Shown piece after piece: positions 12,512 through 26,073 of a DNA stretch of 64,000 nucleotides (the stretch's first letter is position 1; each line of letters starts with the position of its first letter). Where the stretch lies: NCBI GenBank assembly GCA_965240325.2, contig OZ251223.1, positions 1,116,001 to 1,180,000 of the forward strand, in the 5' to 3' direction. Below the pieces are notes generated by a model. That model searched no databases, was not told the origin of the DNA, and saw only the letters and a program-made list of their open reading frames with translations. The translations under genes were made by a program, and so were the position numbers. The DNA is from Rebecca billardiae RCC1528. Its lineage: Eukaryota; Protista; Haptophyta.

Positions 12512-13428
12512 CCAAGACTCTGCCGCCCTCACTCGCGGACGTCTCGCTGGCCATCGGTCCGGGCGAGCACGTCGCCCTGGTCGGCCGCTCGGGCAGCGGC
12601 AAGTCTTCTCTGTGGAAGTGCCTGTGTGGCCTCTACCCATATACGGGCACCATCAGCCTCGGCGGCGTGGACGCGCGCGCGCTCCGCGGCGACGCGCTCC
12701 GCGCGCGCATCGCGGTGCTTCCCCAGGAGCCGGTCTTTGTAAGCGGCACCGTGCGCGACAACCTCATGCTGCACTGGCCCGCCAGCCGCCGCGGCGGCGG
12801 CAGCATGAGCAGCGCCGGCGGAGACGGGGGCGCAGAGGCCGCCGCATCGAAGGCGGAGGCCGCCCTGTGGCGTGCGCTCGGTGCTGTGGACCTCGACGCG
12901 CAGGTGCGCAGCTGGCCGCGAGGGCTCGACACCCCACTGTTCGCGAGCAGCGCCTCGGGGGCTGCCGACGAGCCCAGCGGTGCTTACCGCGCCAAGGGCG
13001 CCGGCGTCGAAGCCGGCGCCTCCGAGGCGCGCGCGCTCTCACACGGCGAGTGCGCGCTGCTCGCGGCGGCGCGCATGCTCGCGCACCCGACGTGCCTGGT
13101 CGCGGTGGTGGATGAGGGGAGCACGCCGCTCGATGCGCAGGCCGAGGCGGCGCTGGAGCGCGCGCTGGCGTCGCACGAATGCACACTGCTTGCCGTGTGC
13201 CACCGACTTGCGCATGTGCACACCTTCGCGCGCGTCGTCACGATGGATGGCGGCCGGGTCGTCGAGGAGGGCTCGCCCGCTGCGTTGCTCGCCGACCCGC
13301 GCTCGCGTTTGCGCGCTCTCGTCGACGAGTCGATGCGCGAGAGCCGTCAGCTGGGTGCCGTTGCGCATGCGGCTGGCGCATCATCAACTATCAAGGCGGG
13401 CGATGATCGGCATGACGATGCCGCATGA
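8635..13428 (+). CDS. ABC transporter, ABCC/MRP subfamily (TMD-NBD-TMD-NBD), apparently intronless
   Basis: NBD1: GGLGSGKST, LSGGQRARVTLARA, VVLDEP. TMD2: FHDSTPRGTLLHRFAKD, RELRRLE, FVSVER. NBD2: GRSGSGKSS, PQEPVFVSGTVRDNL, VVDEG, VCHRL. Confidence 0.92.
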
Positions 13429-13531
13429 TCTTAGCGACGCCGCCGCGCGGCGGACGTTATCATTATCAATATTTTATCGACCTGTCACATATATATATAT
13501 AGATATGTGCAGCGTGCTGATGACAATATAA

Positions 13532-14720
13532 TGGCCCGCGGTGCAGGGCGGAGCGCGCAGCGTGGAGCCCGCAGTGCGGGCCCGAACCACGTTTCAAAAA
13601 GATGATCTTTGATCCAAGAAAAAAGGGCCCGGGGCCGGGGCGATTTTCAGGGAGGTGGAGATCGCGACCGAGTTTCGATTTTTTGAGACCGCATAGAGAC
13701 GTTCATTCGGCGAGAAAAGACCGCGCCCACGATATTCCCTAAGTACAGTAAAGTGCGGTCTGCGTGTGAGCCGGACGTGACTTTAACGTAACGGTTCGTT
13801 ACGAGCGAATCGTATTCGTCGTCCCGGATCGCGTGACGTCCGCGGACTGGCCACATCCGGATCGGAGGTGTGACGTGCCCGGCGCACGATGGCGGATGGG
13901 ACCAACCCCTGGCTGCGAGCGCGCCTGCACGTGCCTCCGGACCCGCCTCCCGCTTGCTGCTCACGCAGTCAGCTGCGACCGTGGCGCATGATCGCAGAAG
14001 CAGTGCCGGCAGTACGGCCTGCATCAGCTAGTAGTGCCGCGCCGTCGTGGCGCGCGCGGTAGTTGCGTTTGCAGCCGGCTCGGCGCCCGGCACGCGCGTG
14101 CGGCTCAGGTGTGTCAAATGCGGTCTCGTCGGCGCGCTTTCGCCTGCCACCTCGTGCACCCGTGCCGCCAGGCGCCAGCTTCATCGTCTTCATGAGGACT
14201 GCTGCTGCTGTCGCCATCCGCTCTCCATCACCCCGAGTCGCGCGGCGCGCGCGGTAGCAGGGCGTACGGTCACACTCACTCCCCCGTGCAACGGGTCAAG
14301 TGGCCAGAGTACGTCTGGTCGTCGTTGGCTGGCACGGGCCGCAGCGCTATTAAAGCACCCTGCTGTCACACCCGACTCCTTCAGTACTCCGAGCTCCGCG
14401 GCACGACTCACTCGGCACGATCGCGGACGGGTCGGATCCGAGCTGATCAGCCAGTTGGACATTTGGCAGCTAGTCCGATTTGACGGGTGCCGGGTGCGGT
14501 CTCAGGTCCGCTGCTGTGATTGTGTGAAGTGTGAATGAGTCTCGCGGGATCGCAGGCACGGCGACGGTCGGACTAATAGTTAGACTATACTCTTCAGTCA
14601 TCTCAGAACCGACTTCAACTGGCGAATAACTGCCACTACGGCAGAGAGCCGCGATTGCACGGCCACCGCGGGCCCCCAACTGCGTTGATTCTATGCAGAA
14701 AAGGACCGCGGAACGCGGTC

Positions 14721-14721
<1 letters not shown>
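13532..14721 (+). mobile_element. Non-autonomous element copy 1 with asymmetric subterminal IR and terminal hairpin (Helitron2/Helentron-like)
   Basis: The first ~190 bp (tggcccgcggtgcagggcggagcgcg...) and last ~60 bp (...ggaccgcggaacgcggtca) are homologous to the two ends of 26074-28020(-). IR ggcccgcggtg at 13533 versus caccgcgggcc at 14664. Hairpin at 14704-14720. Confidence 0.72.
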
Positions 14722-14880
<159 letters not shown>

Positions 14881-15467
14881 TCCTGCACAAAGATTGAAGC
14901 GGCGCCAATCGATGTGTATATAGAATGACGGGAAGAGCGACTGAGCCGACGGTGCCAAAGCTGCGCGCAGACTGCGCCAGCGTGTGGCAGCAAGGTCCCT
15001 GGCTCAGGCGAGCATAGCACTCACAGGCCTGACAACAGCAAGCTCGTCAACCACAACGGAGGCTGCAGGGGCGGATGGCGGGTTGAGCGACGAGCGAGCG
15101 AGCACGAGCAAAGAACTCATCTTAAAGAAGCACGCGACGGCGAAGGAGATGGGGCCTCGTTTGCTGATGATGAGGCAAGGGGCCGACTGGCAGTAACTGA
15201 TGAGCAGCTTGTGAGCTCGGCGCGAAAGGTCGTAAAGTGCCGATTTGTGTGAGCTCGACTGGTTAGTTGCTTGATGAACTGGAAAGCTGCCACTCGGATG
15301 ACTGCAGATGATCTTGGATATGATCTCGAGCGCCGTACCAGCACGAAGCAACTACCTGCAGGATCAGGTAGACGATGGAGGCCCTTGGCCTTGGCTGTCA
15401 CGACACTGCGACGCATCACCTTCCAGCCTCCCGACACATTCGGTTATAACGACTGCGTTATAACGCC

Positions 15468-15472
<5 letters not shown>

Positions 15473-15562
<90 letters not shown>
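15473..15562. repeat. (TA)n microsatellite
   Basis: Read directly from the sequence. Confidence 0.97.
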
Positions 15563-15566
<4 letters not shown>

Positions 15567-15655
15567 CAGTCTGATGCATTTATTCATAGACATAGTATCA
15601 CGCGCGACCGGAGAGGACGATCGCGCGTCTGGCATGACGTCGGACGCCGCCGCTG

Positions 15656-18600
15656 TCACACACGCGAATCGTTCCCGTGATCGTTCCTGTCGATCGGCAC
15701 CGGCACTGGGCGGCTGTACTGGCGAGAAGACTCGTCGGGCGTCGTCGGCGCCGCACGATGCGACGGCGCCGACCGGGATGAGTGGAACGGGGACGCCTGG
15801 CTTTGCTCGTCGGGCACGACGTTGGATCCGAGCTGTGCTGCCAGGTCCGGAGCCGGCTCACGCCCAGCGCCTGCGCGGCCACCCGCAGGCGGCGGCGGCG
15901 GCGGCGGCGGCGGCTGCGCGGTGCGCGTGTCGCGCCGAGTGAGCAGCTTTCCAAAGATTGACCCCGAGACGGAGCCGGCGACAGACGCGCCGCGGGACTT
16001 GAGGCGCATCGCGGTACGCAACTCCTTATCCATCAGGTCGGAATAAAAAGTCTCATCCTCTTTCTGCGGGGCAGACGATGCGCACGCGCGCGCACAAGGG
16101 GGCAGGTGTCAGTGGCTGCGCTTCGATTCGCGCAATACCTGGGCGTAGCGAGCGCCCTCGGCGGTTGGGGGCCAGGCGGCAGGGCCATGCACGCACCTTG
16201 ATCTTGCGGTAGTATCCCACGATGGCGAACACGATGCAGAGCAGGCAACAGCAGACGAAGAGCGAGCTCAGGGTGAGGATAGAGACCTGGTGGCACAGCG
16301 GCGCGCGCGCGCGCGAACGAGCCGTGAGAGGCGTGTGGCCGGTGCGCAGTGCACCCGAGCGCACGCGGCCGCTGGACGGAGCAGCGCACGAGCGTTCGCA
16401 CCTGGCCAGCAAACGAGATGTTGGCCGCTGCGGGCCCCAGCAGGCTGTCATCAGTCCGAGGAGAAGCGGGCGGGGGAGCTGGCTGCGTGGGGGGCGGCGG
16501 GCTGGACGGCGACGGAGGCGTAGGAGGCGGTGGCGGAGGCGGCGGACTTGGCGGTGGGCTCGGCGGCGAGGGTGGGTTTGGCGGCGGCGCGGGCGGCAGA
16601 GGCGGCGATGGCGGCGGCGGCGGCGAAGGTGGCGGCGAAGGCGGTGATGGGCTGGGCGGAGGTGGGGGGCTCGGAGGGGGCGCGGGTGGCGACGAAGGCG
16701 GTGGCGAGGGAGGCGGTGACGGCGGGCTCGGCGGTGGCCGGCTCGGGGGGCTCGGCGGGACGGGCGGCGGCGAGTAGAAGTCGCACGTGCCGTCGTTGTA
16801 CGTGGCGGTCGGGTTGAAGTTGCGCGCGCTCTGTGCCGTGCAGCCGCCGTACGCACACTGGCCGTTATCGACGGTCGCGAAGGAGTCGAAGTTCTCCGCG
16901 ATCGAGTCGGTGCAGCCGAGGAAGTTGAACTCGCACCCGGAGAGGACGGTCGCCGTCGGGTTGAAGTTGGAGGCAGTCGGGTTGATGCAGCCCACGTACT
17001 GGCAGTTGGTCGACTCGATCACAGCGTCCGAGCGGTAGTTGACGGCGGCAGTGTCCAAGCAGCCGACGATGAGGAAGACGCACGCCGATGGCGCGTTGGC
17101 GGTCGAGTCGTAGTTGGTCGCTGTCGGCTCGAGGCAGCCGAGGAAGATGCAGCTCGAGAAGTCGAGCTGCGTGACGGACGCGTCGTAGTTGGACGCGCCG
17201 ATCACGTTGCACCCGACCACCTCGGGGATGCACGAGCCGTCGTCGTTATTCGCCCCGGAGAAGTAGTTCTGCGCGACGGGGTCGGTGCAGCCCGGCAGAA
17301 CGCAGCTGCCATCGTCGGTGGTGGCGCTAGAGTCGAAGTTGGCCGCGCTCGAGTCGGTGCAGCCCGGCACGGGGCACACGCAGCTGCCGTCGTTGGTCGT
17401 GGCGCTCGGGTTGAAGTTGGTGCAGCGCGAGTTGGTGCAGCCCGGATACACGCACGAGCCGTCGTCCAGGTTCGCATCCGAGTCGTAGTTCTGCGCGGTC
17501 TCGTCCGTGCAGCCGAGGGCGGGCAGCACGCACTGGCCGTCCGGTGCGTTCGCCGTCGAGTCGTAGTTGAACGCGACCGGATTCTGGCAGCCGAAGTAGG
17601 CGCAGTTGCCGTCCACGTCGGCGAGCGAGTCGTAGTTGTCGGCCGCCGGATCGAGGCAGCCGACGACCGCGATGTTGACACAGTCGTTGGAGTCGACGGT
17701 CGCGCTCGGGTTGTAGTTCCCCGCGAGCGGGTTGAGGCATCCGGTGAACACGCACGAGCCGTCGTCGGTCCCGGCGATCGAGTCGTAGTTGTCGGCGGCC
17801 GAGTCTGTGCAGCCGAGCACGTTCACGAACGAGCACGCGGCTGCGTCGCCCACCGTCGCCGTCGAGTCGTAGTTGTCGGCGAGCGAGGTGCGGCAGCCGG
17901 TGTACTGGCACGAGCCGTCGTTCGTGTCTGCCGTCGACCGGTAGCTGATCGAGGTCGAGTCGATGCAGCCGAATTTGGGGTAGATGCAGCTGCCGTCGTT
18001 CGTGTTGGCGGTCGAGTCGTAGTTGCGCGCGAAGGTGAGCGTGCAGCCGTTGAGTACGCAGCTGCCGTCATCAACGGTGGCGAAGGACTCGTAGTTGCGC
18101 GCAGCGGTGTGCGGGCAGCCCGGAATAGCGCCCGTGCACGAGCCGTCATTCGATGTCGCGGCGGACAGGTAGTTGTCCGCCTCCGGGATCGTGCAGCCGC
18201 GGATGACGCACGAGCCGTCGTCCACGGTCGCAGCCGAGTCGTAGTTGTCCGCGCGTGTGTCGAAGCAGCCACGGATGAGGTAGAAGCAACTGCCGTCGTT
18301 CACCGTGCTCAGCGAGTCGTAGTTGTCCGCGGCGGAGTCCGTGCAGCCGGTGAGGAAGCAAGAGCCGTCATCCACCTGTGCGTTCGAGTTGTAGTTGGTC
18401 GCGAGCGGGTCGGTGCAGCCGCCGAGCGGGGAGACGCACGAGCCGTCGTCCGTGTTTGCCGTCGAGTCGAAGTTGGTCGCGGTGGAGTCGACGCAGCCGA
18501 AGTGGCGGTAGCGGCAGCTGCTCGCCTGGAGCGTGTTGGCAACCGGGTTGAAGTTGATCGCTGCCGTGTCCGTGCAGCCCAGGATGCTGTAGGCGCAGAC

Positions 18601-21600
18601 GGTGCTGCCCTGCGAAGTTGCGTTCGAGTTGTAGTTGAGTGCGAGCGAGTCGAGGCAGCCGATGATGTCGTACTCGCAGCTGCCGTCGTCCACGGTGGCG
18701 CGCGGGTCGGTGTTAATGGCGTTGATGGCGGTGCAGCCGAGGAACTGGCAGCTGCCGTCATCGACGGTCGCCGTCGCGTCGAAGTTGTCCGCCTCGAAGT
18801 CGGTGCAGCCCGGCAAGGGGCACGCCGCTGCGCCGTACGTGATCTGGAGCTCGTTGTTGGTGCACGTCACATCCTGCAGCGCTCGGCCGCGCGGCGCGTC
18901 GAGCGCACGGCGGTCGCGCCGGAGGTCGAAGGCGCCGGGGCCCTGCCACGTGTCGATGGCGAACTCGTTTGCGGCGACCACCTCGTCCGCGACTCGCAGC
19001 ATGTCGATGGCGTTCGGTCCGTTGGCGGCAGTGAGGCCCGAACTGTCGCGCACCTCGACGATGAGATCGAGGACGTGCGTCCGGTTTGAGAGCACCGAGA
19101 CGGCCTGCTCGCGCTGCGCAGGGTTGTCGACGCAGGCATCGGCGATGGTCCGCAGCACGGCGTCCTCCACGGTGCTGCGGCTGGAGTACGGCCCGAATAG
19201 CTGCACCATCCGCCCAAGCCACTCGCCGATGATGATGGACGCACGCACGACGTGGATCGACAGTTGGTCGCCGCTGATGTACTGGGTGAGCGGCTTGTAC
19301 GTCGAGACGTCGACGAGCTGCGAGTAGTCGAAGCATGGCCACAGCAGGAGCTGCGCAGCGTCCTCCGTAAGGTCGTACGGGGCGTCGAGCATCCGCATGT
19401 ACAGCGTCGTCAGCGGCGAGATCACCTTTCCAGTGACCGGCCCGGTGATCTTGAAGGAGAGCGAATTGCCGCTGATGGAGTCGCGGCACTGCGAGGACGC
19501 GTCCACGACCAGGATCGCGTCGCGGTCGGTGTACAGCAGGTCGTACGCGCCGTTGAGCGCGCTGACGGCCTGGCCCACGCGCGTGCCGTCAGGGCGCATC
19601 GCCTCGACCAGGCAGCCGCGACGCTGCGCGACCACCTGCACGACGCCGCGCGCATACTCAAACTGGCAGTCCGACGGGCTCTGGATGGTCGCCTTCGCGT
19701 CGTAGTTGATCGCGTTTGTGTTCATGCACCCCGTGTACAGGCACTTGAGGTAGCGCGTCGCGCCCGACACAAAGTTGGCCGCGCTCGAGTCCTGGCAGCC
19801 GTACACCGGCGCGATGCACGTGCCGTCGTCAACCGTGGCCAGGGCGGCGAAGTTGACCGAGTTCACGTCCGTGCAGCCGGCGATGAGGCAGGTCGACAGC
19901 CCGAACTCCACGTTGGCGCGCGAGTTGTAGTTGGTCGCCGCCGGGTTGGTGCAGCCAAACACCTTTGCCACGCAGCTGCCGTCGTCCACGTTCGCGGTCG
20001 GGTCGTAGTTGAGCGAGTTCAACGCCGTGCAGCCGGCATACGCAGCGACGCACCCGCCTCCGTCGACCGTCGCCGCCGAGCGGTAGTTAAGCGCGGTCGA
20101 GTCGGTGCAGCCGGTCACTGGGAAGATGCAGCTGCTGTCGTCCACGGTCGCCGTCGAGTCGTAGTTGAGCGCCCGCGTGGCGAGGCAGCCCAGGTGGCGG
20201 TAGATGCACGAGTTGTCCTCCGTGTTGGCGGCCGAGATGTAGTTGAGTGCGGTCGAGTCGGTGCATCCGTCGACGGGGAAGACGCAGCTGTTGTCGTTGA
20301 CCGTCGCGTCACAGGCGTAGTTGATGGCGCGCGTGGCCATGCAGCCGAGCACGGAGTACACGCACGTGTCCTCGATGTTGGCGTCCGAGCGGTAGTTGAT
20401 CGCGGTTGAGTCGATGCAGCCCGGGACGGGCAGCGTGCACGAGCCGGGGCGCAGCGTCGTCGCGAGCGAGTTGTAGTTGAGCGCGTTCGGGTTGGTGCAG
20501 CCCTCGACGAGCAGGATGCACGTGCTCGGCACCGCCTCCGTGTTGGCGCGCGAGTCGAAGTTGGTCGCCTGCGGGTTGGTGCAGCCGACGCGCGGCAGGA
20601 CGCACGGCGTGGCCGCCGTCTGGATGGTTGCGTTCGGGTTGAAGTTGAGCGCGTTCGAGTTGCGGCAGCCCTCGACGCGCAGAATGCAATCGAGAGCGTT
20701 GTTCGAGCCCTCGGAGTTGTAGTTGAGCGCATCCGGGTTGTTGCAGCCGCGGTCGGTCACGAACTGGCACGAGCCGTCGTACACGGTCGCGGACGGGTTG
20801 TAGTTGGTCGCGCTCGTCGAGGTGCAGCCGAGGATCTGGTACTCGCACTCGGAGCCCTCGACGGCGTCCGAGACGTAGTTGAGCGCGAGCGAGTCCTGGC
20901 AGCCGCGCTTCACGAACGTGCAGTTGCCGTCGTTGGCGGTCGAGTAGGAGACGTAGTTGATGGCGCTCGGCACGTTGCAGCCGAAGATGACGCACTGGCC
21001 GTCGTCGACGGTCGCGAGCGGGTCGAAGTTGATCGCGCGCGAGTCCGTGCAGCCCGGGCGCGGGAACGAGCACGAGCCCGCCAGGAAGCGGTTGGCCGTG
21101 GAGTCATAGTTGGTCGCGTCAGTGGACGTGCAGCCTGGGTAGAGGCAGCTGCCGTCGTCCTGAGACTTGTCGGAGGCGTAGTTGGAGGCGGTGCTGTCGG
21201 TGCAACCCCTGCAGCTGCTCAGGTCGCAGTCGGACGCGGAGACCATCACAGTCGCCTCCGAGTTGTAGTTGCAGGCCGTCGAGATCGTGCAGCCCTCCAC
21301 CTGGTACAAGCACGAGCCCTCGTCCGTGTCGGCTGCTGAGTCGTAGTTGACGGCGGTCGAGTCGGTGCAGCCGAGCTTGTACGGCAGGCAGCTGTCGTAG
21401 TCGGTCGCGGTCGAGTCGTAGTCGGATGCCCATGAGTCCGTGCAGCCCGGGTGCGAGTACAAGCAGACGATGTCGTCCGGCTGGATGTTGGCATCCGAGC
21501 GGAAGTTGGTTGCGAGTGAGTCGAGGCAGCCGGGGACGGCGTACTGGCAGCACAGGTTGGGGCAGCCGCCGGCGAGCGAGTCGTAGTTGAGGGCGAGGGG

Positions 21601-24109
21601 GTCGATGCAGCCGACGCGCGGCGGCGGCGAGGAGGGCGGCGGCGGGTTGGGAGGCGGCGGCGGTGGGGGTGATGGCGGGGGGCTTGGCGGGATCGGCGGC
21701 GGTGACGGCGGCGGCGAAGGCGGCGGGACTGGCGGCGAGGGCGGTGGCTCGCGGGGACGGTTGGATGGCAGCGGCGGGCTGGGCGGCGGGGTTGGTGGCG
21801 GTGGCGGCTGGCTGGGCGGGGGCGGGCTCGGCGGGGGCGATGGCGGAGGCGGCGGCGGTGGGCTGGGCGGCGGGCTGGGTGGCGGGCTGGGCGGCGGGCT
21901 CGGTGGTGGTGGTGGCGGTGGGCTGGGCGGCGGCGGGCTCGGCGGAGGGGACGGGGGCGGCGGCGGCGGCGGGCTCGGCGGTGGGCTGGGCGGCGGGCTG
22001 GGCGGCGGGCTGGGCGGCGGTGGAGGCGGCGGGCTTGGCGGCGGGCTCGGCGGCGGCGGTGGCGGCGGGCTCGGCGGCGGCGAAGGCGGCGGGGCCGGCG
22101 GCGGCGAGGGCGGCGGGCTGGGCGGCGGGCTTGGTGGCGGCGGTGGCGGCGGGCTCGGCGGTGGCGGGCTCGGCGGTGGCGATGGCGGAGGCGATGGCGG
22201 TGGGCCTGGCGGCGGGCTGGGCGGCGGGCTGGGCGGCGGGCTCGGTGGTGGTGGTGGCGGCGGGCTGGGCGGCGGTGGGCTCGGCGGCGGTGTTGGCGGC
22301 GGCGGCGGCGGAGGGCTCGGCGGGGGTGATGGAGGCGGCGGCGGCGGCGGGCTCGGCGGCGGCGTCGGTGGTGGCGGCGGCGGCGGGCTCGGCGGCGGCG
22401 TCGGCGGCGGCGGCGGCGGCGGGCTCGGCGGCGGCGTCGGTGGTGGGGACGGCGGCGGGCTCGGCGGCGGTGTCGGCGGCGGCGGCGGCGGCGGGCTCGG
22501 CGGCGGCGTCGGCGGCGGCGGCGGCGGCGGGCTCGGCGGCGGCGTCGGCGGCGGCGACGGCGGCGGGCTCGGCGGCGGCGTCGGCGGCGGCGGCGGCGGA
22601 GGGCTCGGCGGCGGCGTCGGCGGCGGCGGCGGCGGAGGGCTCGGCGGCGGCGTCGGGGGCGGCGGCGGCGGCGGGCTCGGCGGCGGTGATGGCGGCGGTG
22701 ATGGCGGCGGCGGCGGTGGCAAGCTCGGTGGCGGGCTTGGCGGCGGCGGCGGCGGCGAGCTCGGTGGTGGGCTTGGCGGTGGGCTGGGTGGCGGCGGCGG
22801 CGGTGAGCTCGGTGGCGGTGATGGCGGCGGCATCGGCGGCGGCGTAGGCGGAGGGCTCGGCGGCGGCATCGGCGGCGGCGGCGGTGGCGGGCTCGGCGGC
22901 GGCATCGGCGGTGGCGGCGGTGGCGGGCTCGGCGGCGGCATCGGCGGAGGCGGCGGCGGCGGGCTCGGCGGCGGCATCGGTGGGGGCGGCGGTGGCGGGC
23001 TCGGCGGCGGCGTCGGCGGTGGCGGCGGCGGCGGGCTCGGCGGCGGCATCGGCGGTGGCGGCGGTGGCGGGCTCGGCGGCGGCATCGGCGGTGGCGGTGG
23101 CGGCGGGCTCGGCGGCGGCATCGGCGGTGGCGGCGGCGGCGGGCTCGGCGGCGGCGTCGGTGGGGGCGGTGGCGGCGGGCTCGGCGGCGGCATCGGCGGT
23201 GGGGGCGGCGGCGGGCTCGGCGGCGGCATCGGCGGTGGCGGCGGCGGCGGGCTCGGCGGCGGCATCGGTGGGGGCGGCGGTGGCGGGCTCGGCGGCGGCG
23301 TCGGTGGGGGCGGCGGCGGCGGGCTCGGAGGCGGCGTCGGTGGGGGGGGCGGCGGCGGTTTCGGCTTCGGCGTCGGCGGCGGCGACGGCGACGGCGGCGG
23401 CGGCGGCGACGGCGGCGAAGGCGACGGAAGTGGAGGCTTCGTCGGGGTGGGTGGTGGCTTGGGCGTGGGAGAGGGGGGGAAGGTTGTGCTCGGGATAAAG
23501 GAGAAGGTCGGGGTAGAGAGCAGCGCGGAGAGCGTGCTGAACTTGAACTGCGCGGCCGTGCGGATGGCGTCCCACGCGAGGGCTTCCGTCAGCATACGCT
23601 CTTCTCGCGTGTCCTCGCCGAGAAGCGGAATCGCCGCGGGCGCCTCGTCGAACTCGAGCAGTGCACGCGGCGAAGGTGTGTTGATGGAGTCCACTTTGTT
23701 GTGAGCGTCCGGCATGGCACCCTGTGCGCGATGCACAGCGCCCGTCGAGAATCGGCTGGGCAGGCGGCGTTTGTTCGGCGGCGGAATTGCACACACATGG
23801 GGCGGGCGGTGCAGACAGCGCCATGCGGAAGGCGCGCGCTGCGCGTCAGATGGATGCATGGGGTGTCGCAGGAGCGCTCTCTCCGCGAATCACCCCGGCA
23901 CGGACGACCCTGACATGTGATCAGTCCGCCTGCGCACGCGGGAGCGGCCGCGGGGCGCGCAAGATTGCATACCTGTCGACGACCGAGCCGCGTGTCGCTG
24001 AGAATCGCGCCGCTGACTCGAACTCACGGTACGACGGCCCATCGCTGTGCGCGGCAGAGCCGCCTGCAGCACCGAGCGCAGCGACGAGCACGAGCAGCGC
24101 TAGGACCAT
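15656..24109 (-). CDS. Giant type I membrane surface glycoprotein: signal peptide, ~600-aa SPn/TPn stalk, two arrays of GCxDxxAxNYDxxAxxDDGSC repeats, TM helix, cytosolic tail (spliced)
   Basis: Exon 1 (24109-23973) [17 protein letters not shown] ends at a GTATGC donor. Main exon is in ORF 16033..23859. Inferred GT-AG introns near 16401-16288 and 16197-16064 join the TM exon ([30 protein letters not shown]) and the tail ([16 protein letters not shown]...NDSRV*, stop 15656). Confidence 0.85.
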
Positions 24110-26073
24110 TGCCGCCGACGTGTGGGCGGGCGACCCCGTGGGCCCCGGCTGGCAGGCGGGCACAGAAGGAGAAGCAGCTCCTTGCGGGTGCGGGAGCGCG
24201 TCAGTTGTGTAGCTACGCGGAAGCGGGGGTTGGGGTTGTGCGTGTGGGTCCTAGCTACTTTTCTGCGGTCGAGGCGCCGGACGGCGCGCGCGGCCTTGCG
24301 TGCCCATCAATGCAACTTTCTAACCAGTGAACAAACAGGACTAGTAGTGATCTGAGTTTCGTCGCTATGATGGCTTAAACCTCCAACCCCCGGGGGCCCT
24401 ATGGTACTTGGTAGGGCCACCCATCAAAGTTGGGCGCGACGAAAATAATCAGCATGCGGTTGATGAATAACTTCCCGTTACTGTTGGCGGGCGTCAATCT
24501 CGCCTGCCTGAGCTGTGTGCGTCTCTTATTCTTAGTAAACTGTATGGGGGTACTTCAGACATATCTTGAGATGATGGGAAACCCATTCCGCGGCATAATT
24601 ACTTGAAATATCATCATCAAATATGCATGCGCCGAGCACGGCCTTGTCTGTATTTAATTGTATGTTCATCCCAGGTGCGCATGTGCCGCGCCGATACCCC
24701 GCCGGTGAGTAGGAGTCCGTCGTCGACGACGAGGCCCACCATCGCCTGCACCGAGCACCCGAGCTCGGCTAACAAGCGCTCTCTGATCAGCGGCTGGCGC
24801 TGTGACGCCGCTGACAGACGCCGAGCAGCACCTGGACCTGGTTGTCGTGACAGTGCGCAGATGTCGAGCAGCTCATCGAGGGAGGTTCAGTGATGAATCT
24901 GAGATTGAGTGGAGTGCAGGGAGCTTAGACTACTACAGTGTAGCGCTGGTCACTCCTTTGGCGCGCCTACACGCAGTGCTCCCACACGTCAAGTGCCTGC
25001 TCGTCTCGGCCGCTGCTGTGAAGGCGTGGCGGCGTGCCGCCGTGGCTGGCAGCGGCGGCGCCGGGCGCTACACGGAGCCCGACACCGCAGGCGCAGCTGA
25101 CTGAGTGAGCAAGCGGGCAGCGCGGGCGGGAAGCGCGGATCGCGCGCAGGCGCGCTCGGGGAGAGCGTTCGCAGCTCTCCCTCAGACCGCCTGCGCGGAG
25201 TGCGCCATCGCTCACTCACGTGAGGCCGACGCGTACGGGCAGAGCGCAGCCGCCGCGCGGCTCACTCCAACTCCAAGGCCTTGCGACCGAGGGCCAGCGC
25301 CACCACAGCTGACTGCTGAGAGAGCAACGGGAGGCGCGTCCGGAGGCACGTGCAGTTGCGCTCGGGGAGAGCGGTGCGCAAGGGCGAGACCAGCGGGGCT
25401 CCGGCGCACACGGTGTTCGGATGACGGCGCTTGTCAGCCAACACCGAGCGCGGCAGGCTTTATTCGACACCGAGAGTTCAGCTCAAGCTGCGCCGTGCGC
25501 GGCGTGCGGCGTGGCGCGCGTAGGCGCGCGCATGGTCAGCTGGACACGCAGCGAGAACACGCTTTCGGCAGGGCGGGCCGCGCGGGATGAGCGGGGAACG
25601 AAAGCGACGCCAACAGCTGAGTCGGGACCCGCGCCGCAGCCGCGCGCATCCAAGTGGCAAGTCTTCAACTGGCGCCGAGGCTTCTGAGCTGCGCGGTGCG
25701 CGAGGGCCGCCACCGCGCGTCGGTCAGCTGAGACGGTGCTGTCGGGTCGGCCGATGGCCCGGCCAGCGCGCCGACCTGCCCGCGCGTCTGAGCCGAGTGC
25801 CGAAGTCGGATCAGGCTCGACGAAAAGTTGCAGCGGCTCGGTGAATAAACGCACGATGACTTCCTTCCAACCATTAACCAAGTCTTCAACGCGCCGAGAG
25901 TCCAGCTCTTGAGCTCAGGGCTGGATGGGCCATGACGCGTCATGATGACGCCCTTATTTCTGGCGTCACGCAGCATGCCGCGTCACGCGGTAACCAAAAT
26001 AAGGCGGCGGATTGAACTACGCCCGTCTATGGGGCGGGGATGAATCTGGCAGTAAGAATAAAGCAATGATATA

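Noticed and set aside
21119-23824. Gly-rich (+) 705-aa ORF and Ala-rich 901-aa ORF
   Set aside because: Antisense and alternate-frame shadows of the Pro-rich stalk.
24360-26060. Short ORFs and small hairpins upstream of the giant gene
   Set aside because: No recognisable domain, consistent splice model or paired termini; possibly a decayed gene or TE, but unsupported.
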